Shown one piece after another: positions 19,934-30,162 of a stretch of 64,000 nucleotides of DNA. Position numbers and translations under genes: made by a program. This stretch comes from Verrucomicrobiaceae bacterium. Lineage in GTDB: Bacteria; Verrucomicrobiota; Verrucomicrobiia; Verrucomicrobiales; Akkermansiaceae. The stretch covers positions 32,001 to 96,000 of the forward strand of contig JBPOGH010000009.1 of NCBI GenBank assembly GCA_051252135.1. Direction: 5' to 3'. Every line of letters begins with the position of its first letter. Within the stretch, counting starts at the first letter, position 1. Under the pieces are notes generated by a model. The model was not told the DNA's origin. It was given only the letters and a program-made list of their open reading frames with translations, and did no database searches.

Positions 19934-21807
19934 TGAGAATTCAGACGGAGCAAGCGCCAGTCGAATATCTCCCCTTGTTCGAACCGCTGTTGGGTATTCC
20001 GGGGGTGTCCTGTTACCTGCATGGAAGCAGGGCGGATGGCGTGGTGACGGCATTTTCAGACTTTGACGATCTGATCGTTGTGGATCCGGACATCAGCGGG
20101 TTCTCCCAGACAGCGTTTCAGTCTGCCTTGGCTCAAGTGGAGGCATCGATGTATGCGCGGGATCCTCTGCAGCATCACGGGCATTTTGTTGTTCTCAAAG
20201 AAAGGTTGAATGATTTTGACGGGAGCCCCATCCCGATTCATTTGCTTGGTAAAATATGCCATCTTAATGGGGAGGAAACGATTGAGCTGGAAATTGATGA
20301 AGTGGCTACGGGAGATAGCTTGAGATTTCATCTTCTCCAAACGCTCACCGGAATCTCCTATGATCTTGATGCGCTGGAGTCGGGGAAGATTTCCCTTTAT
20401 CAGTTGAAGTGCATGGTCAGTGCGATTGCCCTTATTCCCCCTCTCTTACTTCAGGTTAGAGGAGAAGTGGTGGATAAAAAGGCAGCGATTGAGGAAGTGG
20501 TCGCGTCACAGATCGAAGGATATGAGGCCATTCTTTGGAGTAGTGAGATACGGAGCACGTGGGGCGATCTCCTAAACTGGAGAGTTTCCCTTCTTGGTCG
20601 GCTGCTTCCACGGGTAGGCAGCACCAAGCTAAGAAAAAGACTGGTGTCCCTTATCAGTCCTCTGGTTGGGGATGAAAATCTTCAAGTTCCTTGTCCTGTC
20701 TCATCAGCACGAAAGCTCATATCCTCGGTAAAGAGTGAGGAGGCTCTTGGTTACCGGGAATATGACAAAGAGGCCTACAAGGCTGGTGTTCTGCGCTTGA
20801 GTGCGACTTTGCGAGACGAGTTTGAAATCGCAGGGATTGGTCAATTCGGAGATATTGGATTCCCGGGAATATCTGATTTGGACGTCATCGTGATTTCCAA
20901 ATCGAATGAGGATATTTCCAGAGTTGCGAAGAGAGCGCAGGAGATTGTGGACGGAGATCGGGACCTGTCGTATTTTATGGAGCCTCACGGCGCGATAGTG
21001 ACCTCTGTCGACGGTGAAAAATACCTCAAACGTCTTCATACACTTTACGGTCTCTCCTTTGATTCCCGGTCCGATGACGTTGATCGGGCGTTGGTCCCCG
21101 ACGATAAACGGCAACATGTGATCGAGATTACCTGGTCCATCTTTGTGCTGAGAAATCTGGCCGACGTGTTGCTTTCTCCCCTCAGTCATTGTTCAAGAAG
21201 CAAGTTTCTGATTGCCAAGAACGCAGCGCAGTCGGTTGAGAATTTTGGAATTTGCGATGACGAAACGGTGTCCATCGAGAAGATCTATAAATTGCGGAAG
21301 TCCTATATTGAGTCTCCCAAGGAATTCAGAACGGGTGATCTGGATGATTTTCTGAGGAGGGCTTTTGCTTTGATTGGAGAGGCTTTGCATTTGTATTCCC
21401 TGAGTAACAGCATTCCGGCTACGGGCTCCCAACTCGTCTGCAAGGATAAGGTGGTTTGGGAAGCCTGTGAGGACGGTCTTTTGAAAGCAGAGCAGACCTC
21501 CCGGGGAGTAACACGGATTTTTGTGTCGAGGAGAATTCTTGGCTTGGTGAATCTTGCGGCCGCCCGATCCCGTGAGACTCCATCGGAATGGGGGGATTAT
21601 CACAAAGATCTTCGTGCGGGTTACAGGTTTCACCGGAATTGCCAGTCCGGATTTCCGTATGTGATTCCGTCCGGAATGATTGTGGATCAATCCGGTGGGG
21701 TGGTATTGGAATTGGCCAAGAGGCTTTATCGCTGGGCCAGGATCGAGTTGCTTCCAGGTCGGGTCCTTCGGAAGCTAAGCATGGAGTGTCAGCTCAACAG
21801 TAAATAG
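19930..21807 (+). CDS. Hypothetical protein with two Pol-beta-like nucleotidyltransferase motifs
   Basis: YLHGSRADGVVTAFSDFDDLIV and GQFGDIGFPGISDLDVIVI, both of hG[S]-x9-13-DhD type. Confidence 0.65.
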   Translation: MMRIQTEQAPVEYLPLFEPLLGIPGVSCYLHGSRADGVVTAFSDFDDLIVVDPDISGFSQTAFQSALAQVEASMYARDPLQHHGHFVVLKERLNDFDGSPIPIHLLGKICHLNGEETIELEIDEVATGDSLRFHLLQTLTGISYDLDALESGKISLYQLKCMVSAIALIPPLLLQVRGEVVDKKAAIEEVVASQIEGYEAILWSSEIRSTWGDLLNWRVSLLGRLLPRVGSTKLRKRLVSLISPLVGDENLQVPCPVSSARKLISSVKSEEALGYREYDKEAYKAGVLRLSATLRDEFEIAGIGQFGDIGFPGISDLDVIVISKSNEDISRVAKRAQEIVDGDRDLSYFMEPHGAIVTSVDGEKYLKRLHTLYGLSFDSRSDDVDRALVPDDKRQHVIEITWSIFVLRNLADVLLSPLSHCSRSKFLIAKNAAQSVENFGICDDETVSIEKIYKLRKSYIESPKEFRTGDLDDFLRRAFALIGEALHLYSLSNSIPATGSQLVCKDKVVWEACEDGLLKAEQTSRGVTRIFVSRRILGLVNLAAARSRETPSEWGDYHKDLRAGYRFHRNCQSGFPYVIPSGMIVDQSGGVVLELAKRLYRWARIELLPGRVLRKLSMECQLNSK

Positions 21808-21817
21808 AACCTGCGGT
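21808..21817 (+). repeat. Intergenic motif AACCTGCGGT, copy 1
   Basis: Identical 10-mer at 26524 and 44720; all three are intergenic and on the same strand. Confidence 0.6.
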
Positions 21818-21822
21818 ATTAA

Positions 21823-23010
21823 ATGAAATCAACCCAGCCAACAAAGCCCCAGCTCCTGGTGTCGGCAGCCCTCAACTGGCACCTGCCTCACACCGCTACC
21901 GGTTTTTTAAAGAGAGGATCACTTGCGGGATATTGGAGCTCCCTCAGTAATCGGTTTGGATTCTCAGATCAGGTATTTCGGAGAGCCTGGCTTTATCATC
22001 TTTTCAAATACCCGACCTATTTTTTGCCGTTCACCAATTTTGAGGAGAATACCCGTTGGACGTTTCTTCCACTGTATGATTGGTGGGTGAGAAGACAAAA
22101 ATTACCCGACGAGTGCAATGTGGTGATGGGGCCGATGGGGTCTTGCACTCCATTGTATGATCTTGCCGATCAGTGCGAGAGACGAATTCTGAAGGTTTTT
22201 GATGCCCCCAACAGTCACCCCTACTCGATGCGGGCCCGGTGGCAGGGGGAGTGTGACGAGTTTGCCGATGGTGCAAAAATTCCGTTTCCCGATTCAACGA
22301 TTGAGAGGATTGCCGATGAGATCAAGCGAGCCGATCTAATCCTTTGTCCGAGTATCTTTGTGAGAGACTCAATGATTGAGAATGGAGTGCCACCGGAGAA
22401 GTGTTTCGTGACGCACTTTGGGGTTAACACCTCCATTTTTCGGCCAAGGAAGTCGTTACCCGAGGTTCCGACATTTGTCTCCGTTGGTAATGTTTGTCTC
22501 AGGAAAGGGCACCAATATCTGTTTAGAGCATTTGAAAAGGTGAGGAAGGAGTATCCCAACGCCAGATTGATTTGCATTGGTGCAGCCCGCCCTGATTTTG
22601 ATATGGAGTGGCCGAGGTGGGAAAACATGGTGGAGTATCATCCATCGCTTCCCCACAGTGAGGTTGCTGAGAAATTGCAGGGGTCAACGGCATTTGTTCT
22701 GGCTTCGGTGGAAGAAGGTTTCGCGAGGGTTCTGTCGGAGGCGATGGCCTGTGCCCTGCCAATTATTGCCACTGCGGAAACCGGTGCCACGACTGTGATG
22801 AAGGACAACGAGGAGGCACTTATTGTTCCTTGTCGTGATGTTGAGGCAATCGAGAAGGCGATGGTGAAGCTCATCGAGGATACCGAACTCAATATGGCGA
22901 TGGGAGAGCGAGCCTACGCGGTGGGTGCGGTGGAAAATACCTGGGATGATTACTCGGGACGCCTCTACGATATTTTTGCTGAAAAGCTGGAAAAATTGAA
23001 CGCTGAGTGA
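21823..23010 (+). CDS. Glycosyltransferase family 4
   Basis: VGNVCLRKG and SVEEGFARVLSEAMACALP (EX7E). Confidence 0.9.
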   Translation: MKSTQPTKPQLLVSAALNWHLPHTATGFLKRGSLAGYWSSLSNRFGFSDQVFRRAWLYHLFKYPTYFLPFTNFEENTRWTFLPLYDWWVRRQKLPDECNVVMGPMGSCTPLYDLADQCERRILKVFDAPNSHPYSMRARWQGECDEFADGAKIPFPDSTIERIADEIKRADLILCPSIFVRDSMIENGVPPEKCFVTHFGVNTSIFRPRKSLPEVPTFVSVGNVCLRKGHQYLFRAFEKVRKEYPNARLICIGAARPDFDMEWPRWENMVEYHPSLPHSEVAEKLQGSTAFVLASVEEGFARVLSEAMACALPIIATAETGATTVMKDNEEALIVPCRDVEAIEKAMVKLIEDTELNMAMGERAYAVGAVENTWDDYSGRLYDIFAEKLEKLNAE

Positions 23011-23603
23011 ATCTCACGTTCTGTTCTATATTGATGATGAAACTGAAGCAAATTCTCTTGCGTGCCCTGAGGTCGATGAACTTGATTCTGGTTCGGATGA
23101 GTGGAGTCAAGTTGGGGGAGAATATCATTCTCAACGGGAGGCCTTTTGTAAAAATCAGGAAAGGTGGCGAGATGGTTTTCGAAGACGGGGTGAGTATTAA
23201 TTCTTCCCGGTGGTCGAATCCGCTCAATACCGAGAAATCGGTATCATTGTTCGCCGGTCCGGAAGGGAAACTTGTGCTGAGGGAGGGTGCGGGAGTTTCC
23301 GGATGTCAGATTATTGCCTACAGCACCGTGAGAGTGGGTAAATCGTCGTTGGTTGGCGCCGGTTCGCTTATTTGTGATTCGAACATGCACGAAGTGCCAT
23401 TGGGCAGTCCCGAAGGGATTCGGGTCGAGCCGATTGAGATCGGTGATTCGGTATTCGTAGGTGCGCGCTGCATCATTTTGAAAGGAGTGACAATTGGCGA
23501 TGGAGCGGTGGTGGCAGCCGGGAGTGTTGTCATTGGCAATGTGGCACCGAATACTCTTGTTGGTGGAAATCCGGCCAAGGTGATCAAGACATTCGAGTCC
23601 TGA
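23007..23603 (+). CDS. Hexapeptide-repeat O-acetyltransferase
   Basis: IEIGDSVFVGARCIILKGVTIGDGAVVAAGSVV...GGNPAK. Confidence 0.88.
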   Translation: MNLTFCSILMMKLKQILLRALRSMNLILVRMSGVKLGENIILNGRPFVKIRKGGEMVFEDGVSINSSRWSNPLNTEKSVSLFAGPEGKLVLREGAGVSGCQIIAYSTVRVGKSSLVGAGSLICDSNMHEVPLGSPEGIRVEPIEIGDSVFVGARCIILKGVTIGDGAVVAAGSVVIGNVAPNTLVGGNPAKVIKTFES

Positions 23604-23627
23604 TCAAGATTTTAAACGATACAACGA

Positions 23628-24761
23628 ATGATCAAGGTCGCTATTCTCGCAAATGTCCCGGTTTGGACCCTTCCTGACAAAGAGAGGTTCTTTGAGGCGG
23701 GGCATTATGCCACTTGGCTGGAGACCTTGATTCCAGAATTCGAGGATGTTGACCAGGAAGTGGAACTTCATTGGATCACGATGAGTAAAGTGATCGAGAA
23801 AAGTGAGGTTTTTCGCTCAAGGAACCAGTGGTTTCACGTTGTCCCGAGGAGGAGTCTGGGCATTGCAATGTTGACGGGCCACATTGTTGAAATTTTCAAG
23901 ATTCGTCGAATTTTGGATGAGATCGAACCTGACGTGCTCCATTCCTGGGGGAGTGAGGACGTCTATGGATTGGCCGGGGTGTTCAGCGGGATGGATCGGC
24001 GGATTTTTTCTCTTCAGGGCTGTCTCACCGAGTATCTGAGATTGATAGGAGGCTCTTTCCTTTTTCGTGTCCAAGCATTGTATGAGAAGTTCACGATCCG
24101 GCGTTTTAGCTATGCGACCGCTGAATCGCCCGCGGCGATGACCCTTCTTAAGGAAATCAACCCGCAGATGAAAGTGAAGCTGGTCGACTATGGAGTGAGC
24201 CCGGAGTTCTCGAGCAGGGAGTGGTCTCCCTCCGAGAAGCCTGCAGTTCTTTTTGTGGGAGCTGTCACCCAGCGTAAGGGAATTCAGGATTTGATCGAGG
24301 TCGCGGGGAGAAAAGAACTTGAGGGAATTGAGTTTCGAATTGCGGGTGATGGTGATGCCAAGCCCCACCTGGAGGGAATATCATCAAGTAATGTGAAGTG
24401 GCTGGGAAAGCTGGATCGTGAGACGGTGGGAGAAGAAATGTCCAAAGCTTGGGCTCTTGTGATCCCCACCTACTCGGATACCGGGCCAACAGTTGTCAAA
24501 GAAGCGCGGTTCCAGGGCATTCCCGTCGTCACGACAACCGGGGCAGGTGCCAAGCAATATATCGAGCCATCCGGTGCGGGTGTTGTGGTTGAGCCGGGTG
24601 ATCTGGACGCCCTGGCCCTGGCCGTCCAAGAGATGTGCGAAAGCCGGGAAAAGTGCCTTGAGATCGGCAGACGGGATTGGGATGTGCATCGTGTCGAACT
24701 GCATCCCTCCGAAACAGCGCGAAGGCTTCTTGAGTATTACCAAGAAGTGTCTGAAAATTAG
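23628..24761 (+). CDS. Glycosyltransferase family 4
   Basis: FVGAVTQRKG, IAGDG and DTGPTVVKEA...GIPVV. Confidence 0.85.
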   Translation: MIKVAILANVPVWTLPDKERFFEAGHYATWLETLIPEFEDVDQEVELHWITMSKVIEKSEVFRSRNQWFHVVPRRSLGIAMLTGHIVEIFKIRRILDEIEPDVLHSWGSEDVYGLAGVFSGMDRRIFSLQGCLTEYLRLIGGSFLFRVQALYEKFTIRRFSYATAESPAAMTLLKEINPQMKVKLVDYGVSPEFSSREWSPSEKPAVLFVGAVTQRKGIQDLIEVAGRKELEGIEFRIAGDGDAKPHLEGISSSNVKWLGKLDRETVGEEMSKAWALVIPTYSDTGPTVVKEARFQGIPVVTTTGAGAKQYIEPSGAGVVVEPGDLDALALAVQEMCESREKCLEIGRRDWDVHRVELHPSETARRLLEYYQEVSEN

Positions 24762-24806
24762 AAGAAGCAACCATCCCCCGTTTCCACCTACCAATCAATT
24801 TAATCA

Positions 24807-26369
24807 ATGAATCAAAAAAATACACTTACGCTGATCTTCATCTTCTTCGTGGTGGTGGCCGGGTCACTGTTTTTGGGAAAAGCTGCGGGAACCCAGGATG
24901 TTCAAACGTCGGCATTTTTCGTCACTGCGTTGGTGGTCATTGTGGTGTTCCTGGTTCTCGGCCAGAACATTTGGATTCTTATCCCGATTTTTGCGATTTG
25001 GACCGGTAAGGTTACGGTCTTACCGCTGCCCTTTGCGTTGGCGAACCTTGCTGTCGGGTTTGCTGCCGGTGCGTGGTTGCTCTTCCTTGCGACACGGAGG
25101 CAGAAGTGGACGTATCAACCGGTGGGGATCGATGTGTTTCTGGGGTTGTTGCTGGTGGTGTTGGTCATCGGGTGGTTCCGAAATCCGGTTGGTCTCGCCT
25201 CCATCGGTAGTTCGGCCAACGTGGGTGCCAGACCCTATATCGAAGTGATCATCGCCCTAATCGGGTATCTCATGCTTTCGAACCAAAAAGCTTCCCTGGA
25301 GATTGTTTACAAGCTGCCGATTTGGGTCTTGTGGTCAGCTGGAATTCTGGCGATTGGCGGAACCGTTGCGGTCTTGGTTCCGGGAGTGGGGATCATGATG
25401 TATCAGGTGTATTCCGGATTCATGCCCAACGTGGAGAGTCTGCTTGATCCTTATGCCGCAGAATCAGAGTCGATCGGTCGCTCGGGATTCCTGCGGCCGG
25501 TGGCCGGAGGGGCCATTGCCTATATTGGGGCGAGAATTATGCCCCTTAAGTCTCTTACTCCCAACAATTTCAAACTCTTCATGTTGTTGATTTTTGGAAC
25601 GATTTTGAGTCTCGTTTCCGGATACCGAAGTGCGCTCATCGCCGTGGGGTTCTATTTTATCTTCGCCTGCTGGATGTGGGTGGGTTTTCGAGGGGTGCTC
25701 GCCTGTTTGCTCATTGCGATCGCTTCCATGAGCACCATCATCATTATCAACGAGGCGGTTCCCCTCCCCCAGCGTTTGCAGCGACCCCTTTCAATTTTAC
25801 CGGGGAACTGGGACCGGGAGGTTGTTCAAGCGGGTGAAGATAGTAACGAGTGGAGGCTGGAGATGTGGGAGGAAATTCTCACCGGAGATGCCGTCGAGAA
25901 CTGGTGGATTGGTGATGGCTTTGGATTTCCCAAAGAGGACCTTGATTACTTTGGTATTCTGCAGGCGACCGGAGAGATTTCTCCGGAGCAGCTGGCCGAG
26001 TATTATGTGATTACCGGGGGTTTGCACAGTGGTCCGCTCTCGGCCCTCAAGTTCGTGGGGGTCATCGGGTTCATCCTGTATATCTGTATAGCCATCGCGG
26101 TTGCGGTGAAGTTCTTTAAGCTGTGGAAAGGGCTGAGAAGAAGCGGCCTGGATGAGAAGCTGCAAATGACGGTAGGATTCTACACGATCTTTTCGGCTTA
26201 TGTTCCGTTTCAATTCATCTTCATTTTCGGAGCATTTGAAAATGACTTGCCGCGACTGATCATCAGTGTGGGGATGTGGCGGCTGCTTGATAACGTGGTG
26301 AAAGAGACTTATGCCAATGCGGCCCTTGAGGCAGAAGCCGAAGAGGTCTCGGACAGGGGAATGGCTTAG
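24807..26369 (+). CDS. O-antigen polymerase/ligase family membrane protein (Wzy-like)
   Basis: Polytopic, with SGYRS, S..WR..MW, WIGDGFG and LHSG periplasmic-loop motifs. Confidence 0.78.
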   Translation: MNQKNTLTLIFIFFVVVAGSLFLGKAAGTQDVQTSAFFVTALVVIVVFLVLGQNIWILIPIFAIWTGKVTVLPLPFALANLAVGFAAGAWLLFLATRRQKWTYQPVGIDVFLGLLLVVLVIGWFRNPVGLASIGSSANVGARPYIEVIIALIGYLMLSNQKASLEIVYKLPIWVLWSAGILAIGGTVAVLVPGVGIMMYQVYSGFMPNVESLLDPYAAESESIGRSGFLRPVAGGAIAYIGARIMPLKSLTPNNFKLFMLLIFGTILSLVSGYRSALIAVGFYFIFACWMWVGFRGVLACLLIAIASMSTIIIINEAVPLPQRLQRPLSILPGNWDREVVQAGEDSNEWRLEMWEEILTGDAVENWWIGDGFGFPKEDLDYFGILQATGEISPEQLAEYYVITGGLHSGPLSALKFVGVIGFILYICIAIAVAVKFFKLWKGLRRSGLDEKLQMTVGFYTIFSAYVPFQFIFIFGAFENDLPRLIISVGMWRLLDNVVKETYANAALEAEAEEVSDRGMA

Positions 26370-26523
26370 TGAGATTTCTTTTCAAATGGGTGAGGCTGCA
26401 ATCGTTCTGCGGCGACCTGTTGAAAACCCCCGGAATGCCAGGTGGTTCGGAAAGTGCCGCCAGAAATGACGAAATGTTTCCAGTGGGTTTGATGTACAGA
26501 TGGGAGCGAAAATATCACCGGAG

Positions 26524-26533
26524 AACCTGCGGT
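26524..26533 (+). repeat. Intergenic motif AACCTGCGGT, copy 2
   Basis: Shares the 12-mer AGAACCTGCGGT with copy 1. Lies in the 306-bp spacer before rfbF. Confidence 0.6.
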
Positions 26534-26675
26534 TGATCACTTTTTCGGACAAGCCACCCAGAGGGTCGCAAGTGCGTCCGCAGATTAATTCCTCAGGGAT
26601 ACCGACGGATTGGATCCCATGGAAATGAAAATATATTCAAGAGCCAATTAAGAGAATACGACTAACAAGAAGACT

Positions 26676-27455
26676 ATGAAGACAGTAATTTTAGCAGGCG
26701 GTCTGGGGACACGCCTCAGTGAGGAAACTTCCTTGAAGCCAAAGCCGATGGTGGAAATTGGAGGGAAGCCGATTCTTTGGCACATTTTGAAAATGTACAG
26801 CCAGCACAACATCAACGATTTTGTGATTTGTGCGGGTTACAAGGGCTATGTGATTAAGGAATATTTCGCGAATTATTTCCTGCACATGTCGGATGTGACC
26901 TTTGACATGTCGGGAAATACGATGGAAGTGCACCGGAAGAAGGCCGAGCCATGGAGAGTTACTGTTGTCGATACCGGGGAGGCTACGATGACGGGTGGCC
27001 GTCTCGCGCGCGTCGCGGAGTTTCTCGATCCCGATGAGCCCTTTTGCTTCACCTATGGAGACGGGGTGGGTGATGTGAATATTACCGAGTTGCTTGAGCA
27101 TCATCGAAGCCAAGGGCTCGAGGCGACTTTGACAGCGGTGCAGCCTCCGGGACGTTATGGGGCGTTGGCGATCTCCGAAGGTGGGGTGGTGCAGCAGTTT
27201 CAGGAAAAACCCGAGGGTGATGGAGCGTGGATCAATGGTGGATTCTTCGTTTTGGAACCATCTGTTATTCAGAGGATCAAAGAGGGCGATAGTACGATTT
27301 GGGAGAGGGGTCCTTTGGAAGGTCTTGCTGTTGACCGGCAGCTCTCGGCCTATAAGCACCGCGGATTCTGGAGGCCGATGGATACTCTTAGGGATAAGAT
27401 TCAGCTCGAAGAGATGTGGGACTCCGGAAAGGCGCCCTGGAAGACCTGGGAATAG
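26676..27455 (+). CDS. rfbF: Glucose-1-phosphate cytidylyltransferase
   Basis: LAGGLGTRLSEET..KPKPMVEIG, TYGDGV and GFWRPMDTLRDK. Confidence 0.95.
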   Translation: MKTVILAGGLGTRLSEETSLKPKPMVEIGGKPILWHILKMYSQHNINDFVICAGYKGYVIKEYFANYFLHMSDVTFDMSGNTMEVHRKKAEPWRVTVVDTGEATMTGGRLARVAEFLDPDEPFCFTYGDGVGDVNITELLEHHRSQGLEATLTAVQPPGRYGALAISEGGVVQQFQEKPEGDGAWINGGFFVLEPSVIQRIKEGDSTIWERGPLEGLAVDRQLSAYKHRGFWRPMDTLRDKIQLEEMWDSGKAPWKTWE

Positions 27456-27488
27456 GGTTCGCGAGCGAAACGAAAGACAAACTGCGCT

Positions 27489-28601
27489 ATGTTTGAAGGA
27501 TTTTATGATGGCAAGAAAGTGTTGGTCACGGGCCACACGGGTTTTAAGGGTTCGTGGATTTGCGAATGGCTTTTGGCTCTTGGTGCGGAGGTGACGGGGT
27601 ATGCCCTCGATCCACAGCCTCATGAGACTCTTTATGACAAGTTGCGTTTGGGAGAGCGGATTAGCCGGGATGTGCGGGGTGATGTGGCGGATCGGGAGGC
27701 GTTGACGGCCTTGGTGGCGGAGGTTCGTCCTGATGTCGTTCTTCATCTTGCCGCCCAGCCACTGGTGCGGCTTTCGTATGATATTCCGGTGGATACGTTT
27801 GCCACCAACGTGATGGGAACGGTTCATGTGTTGGATGCGGTGAGGCAGTCCGGACATGAATGCTCGGTGGTATCGGTGACGACGGACAAGTGTTACGACA
27901 ACCGGGAGTGGCTCCATGCCTATCGTGAGGAGGATGCGATGGGAGGGCACGATCCATATAGCGCGAGCAAGGGAGCGGCGGAGATCGTTATTTCATCCTA
28001 TCGGCGGTCATTTTTCCCGCTAGCGGGGCCAGTGAAATTGGCGAGCGCCCGTGCAGGAAACGTCATTGGAGGGGGCGACTGGGCTGCGGACCGGATTATC
28101 CCGGATTGCATTCGGGCCCTTCGTGCAGGTGAGACCATTCCAGTAAGGAATAAAACCGCAACGCGTCCCTGGCAGCATGTGCTGGAGCCGTTGTCCGGCT
28201 ATTTGTGGCTCGGATCGGTGTTGGGAAATTCTGACAGTTGTTTGAAGGAGTTGAGGTCGGAGATTGCTTCGGGATTCAATTTTGGGCCTTCACTTCGAAG
28301 CAACAAGACGGTGGCGGAGCTGGTGCAGGAGCTGACCGTTCATACGGGAGGGGAGTGGGAGGATGTTTCCGATCCAGGAGCTCTTCATGAGGCGTCCAAG
28401 TTAAATCTTGCGACCGACAAGGCTTTTCATCTTTTGCAGTGGCAGCCAGTGTGGTCCTTTGAGGAGACACTTCAAGAGACGGCCAGCTGGTATCTCGCTG
28501 ATGAGAAGGGGGAGGACGATATGAGTGTCTTTACCCGCCATCAAATTTCAGCCTATGGAGATTCAGCCCGGGCGGCCGGGGTTCTCTGGGCGAAAAAATA
28601 A
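27489..28601 (+). CDS. rfbG: CDP-glucose 4,6-dehydratase
   Basis: TGHTGFKGSW, HLAAQPLVR, DPYSASK and RAGNVIGGGDWA. Confidence 0.95.
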   Translation: MFEGFYDGKKVLVTGHTGFKGSWICEWLLALGAEVTGYALDPQPHETLYDKLRLGERISRDVRGDVADREALTALVAEVRPDVVLHLAAQPLVRLSYDIPVDTFATNVMGTVHVLDAVRQSGHECSVVSVTTDKCYDNREWLHAYREEDAMGGHDPYSASKGAAEIVISSYRRSFFPLAGPVKLASARAGNVIGGGDWAADRIIPDCIRALRAGETIPVRNKTATRPWQHVLEPLSGYLWLGSVLGNSDSCLKELRSEIASGFNFGPSLRSNKTVAELVQELTVHTGGEWEDVSDPGALHEASKLNLATDKAFHLLQWQPVWSFEETLQETASWYLADEKGEDDMSVFTRHQISAYGDSARAAGVLWAKK

Positions 28602-28636
28602 TCAACAAACCGAATTAGCATCCAATCCATTTTCCG

Positions 28637-30157
28637 ATGACATCCGAAGAAATTAAGAAAGAAATTCTCAGACTGACGCGCGAGTTTTCGCGGCTGACTC
28701 ACAGTGCAAACCGACCAGGTAATGATCCTTCCCATGAAGCATTTGTTGCGGGGAAAACGACGGTGCCTTATGCGGGAAGGGTCTTTGACGAGGATGAAGT
28801 GGAAGCCGCGGTTTCCAGTACGCTGGATTTCTGGCTTACGATGGGGAGCGAAGGTGAGGCGATGCAGGAGGAGCTGGCCCGGTTTATGGGGGTGAAGCAC
28901 AGCCTTTTGGTGAACTCCGGCTCTTCGGCCAACCTGATCGCTTTCAGCGCCCTAACCACCCATAAGTTGCCGGAGCACAAAAGGATCCGCAAAGGTGATG
29001 AGGTGATTACGGTGGCGGCCGGTTTCCCGACAACTGTTTCTCCGATTATCCAGTGCGGCGCGGTTCCCGTTTTCATTGATGCGAAGACGTACACAGGGAA
29101 CGCCGATTGCTCACTTCTGGAGGATGCCTATGTCGAAGGGAAGACCAAGGCGGTGATGATGGCGCACGCTCTTGGAAATCCGTTCGAGCTCGTGACTGTC
29201 CTGGAGTTTTGCAAGAAATACGATCTTTGGTTGATCGAGGATAACTGCGATGCTCTGGGTTGCACCTATTCGCTTCCGCTTGAAAAAGCCGAGGAATTGG
29301 GTCTTCAGCATCTCATTAAACTGGCCGAGAAAGAGGACCGGAGTGAGGAGTTTCCGAAGATCGAAGACGGGATTCTCATCGCGTATACGGGAACCTTTGG
29401 AGATATTTCCACGCAATCGTTCTACCCGCCGCATCACTTGACGATGGGCGAAGGGGGGTCGGTGAATATCATTAAGCGGGCTCCATTGAAGACTTATGCG
29501 GAGAGCTTTCGTGATTGGGGTCGTGACTGCTGGTGTCCATCGGGCAAGGACGATACTTGTTGCAAGAGATTCCAATGGCAGCTGGGAGAGCTTCCGGAAG
29601 GCTATGACCATAAGTATATCTACAGTCATATCGGGTTCAATGTGAAGCCACTCGATCCCCAGGCTGCGATCGGTCGGGTTCAATTGAGACGGCTCCCTGA
29701 TTTTATCCAGGCCCGGAAGGACAATTGGCAGTATCTCCGCAAGGGGCTTGCCTCACTGGAGAAGTATATTGATTTTGCTTTGCCGACCCATGCGACCGCG
29801 TGGAATGAGGATGGAAGTTTTGAATGGGATGAATCCGGGTGCCGGAGTGATTGCTCGTGGTTTGGATTCAAGATGACCATTAAGGAGGATGCGCCGTTCA
29901 CCCGGACGGAGCTGGCGTCCCATCTGGATGAGAACAAGATTGGAAACCGGATGCTCTTTGGCGGGAATCTGGTTCGGCAGCCGGCCTTTGTTCAGCTTCG
30001 CCATGATGATCCTTCCGCGATGCGGGTTGCCACTCCGTTGCCCGGGGCGGATCGCATTATGAACCAGACGATGTTCCTTGGAACGTATCCGGGACTGACC
30101 AAGGAAATGATGGACTACATGATCAAGGTGATTTGTGAGTTTGCGGCAGCAAAATAG
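28637..30157 (+). CDS. rfbH: CDP-4-keto-6-deoxy-D-glucose 3-dehydrase (E1, RfbH/DdhC)
   Basis: NSGSSANL, SFYPPHHLTMGEGG (His in place of the PLP Lys), and RDWGRDCWC..GKDDTC Fe-S cysteines. Confidence 0.92.
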   Translation: MTSEEIKKEILRLTREFSRLTHSANRPGNDPSHEAFVAGKTTVPYAGRVFDEDEVEAAVSSTLDFWLTMGSEGEAMQEELARFMGVKHSLLVNSGSSANLIAFSALTTHKLPEHKRIRKGDEVITVAAGFPTTVSPIIQCGAVPVFIDAKTYTGNADCSLLEDAYVEGKTKAVMMAHALGNPFELVTVLEFCKKYDLWLIEDNCDALGCTYSLPLEKAEELGLQHLIKLAEKEDRSEEFPKIEDGILIAYTGTFGDISTQSFYPPHHLTMGEGGSVNIIKRAPLKTYAESFRDWGRDCWCPSGKDDTCCKRFQWQLGELPEGYDHKYIYSHIGFNVKPLDPQAAIGRVQLRRLPDFIQARKDNWQYLRKGLASLEKYIDFALPTHATAWNEDGSFEWDESGCRSDCSWFGFKMTIKEDAPFTRTELASHLDENKIGNRMLFGGNLVRQPAFVQLRHDDPSAMRVATPLPGADRIMNQTMFLGTYPGLTKEMMDYMIKVICEFAAAK

Positions 30158-30162
30158 AATCG

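Noticed and set aside
19930..21807. CBASS cyclase or MNT-HEPN toxin-antitoxin interpretation of the NTase protein
   Set aside because: No adjacent effector, Cap or HEPN gene is visible, and the gene is translationally coupled within a glycan operon. It cannot be fully excluded without a structure search.
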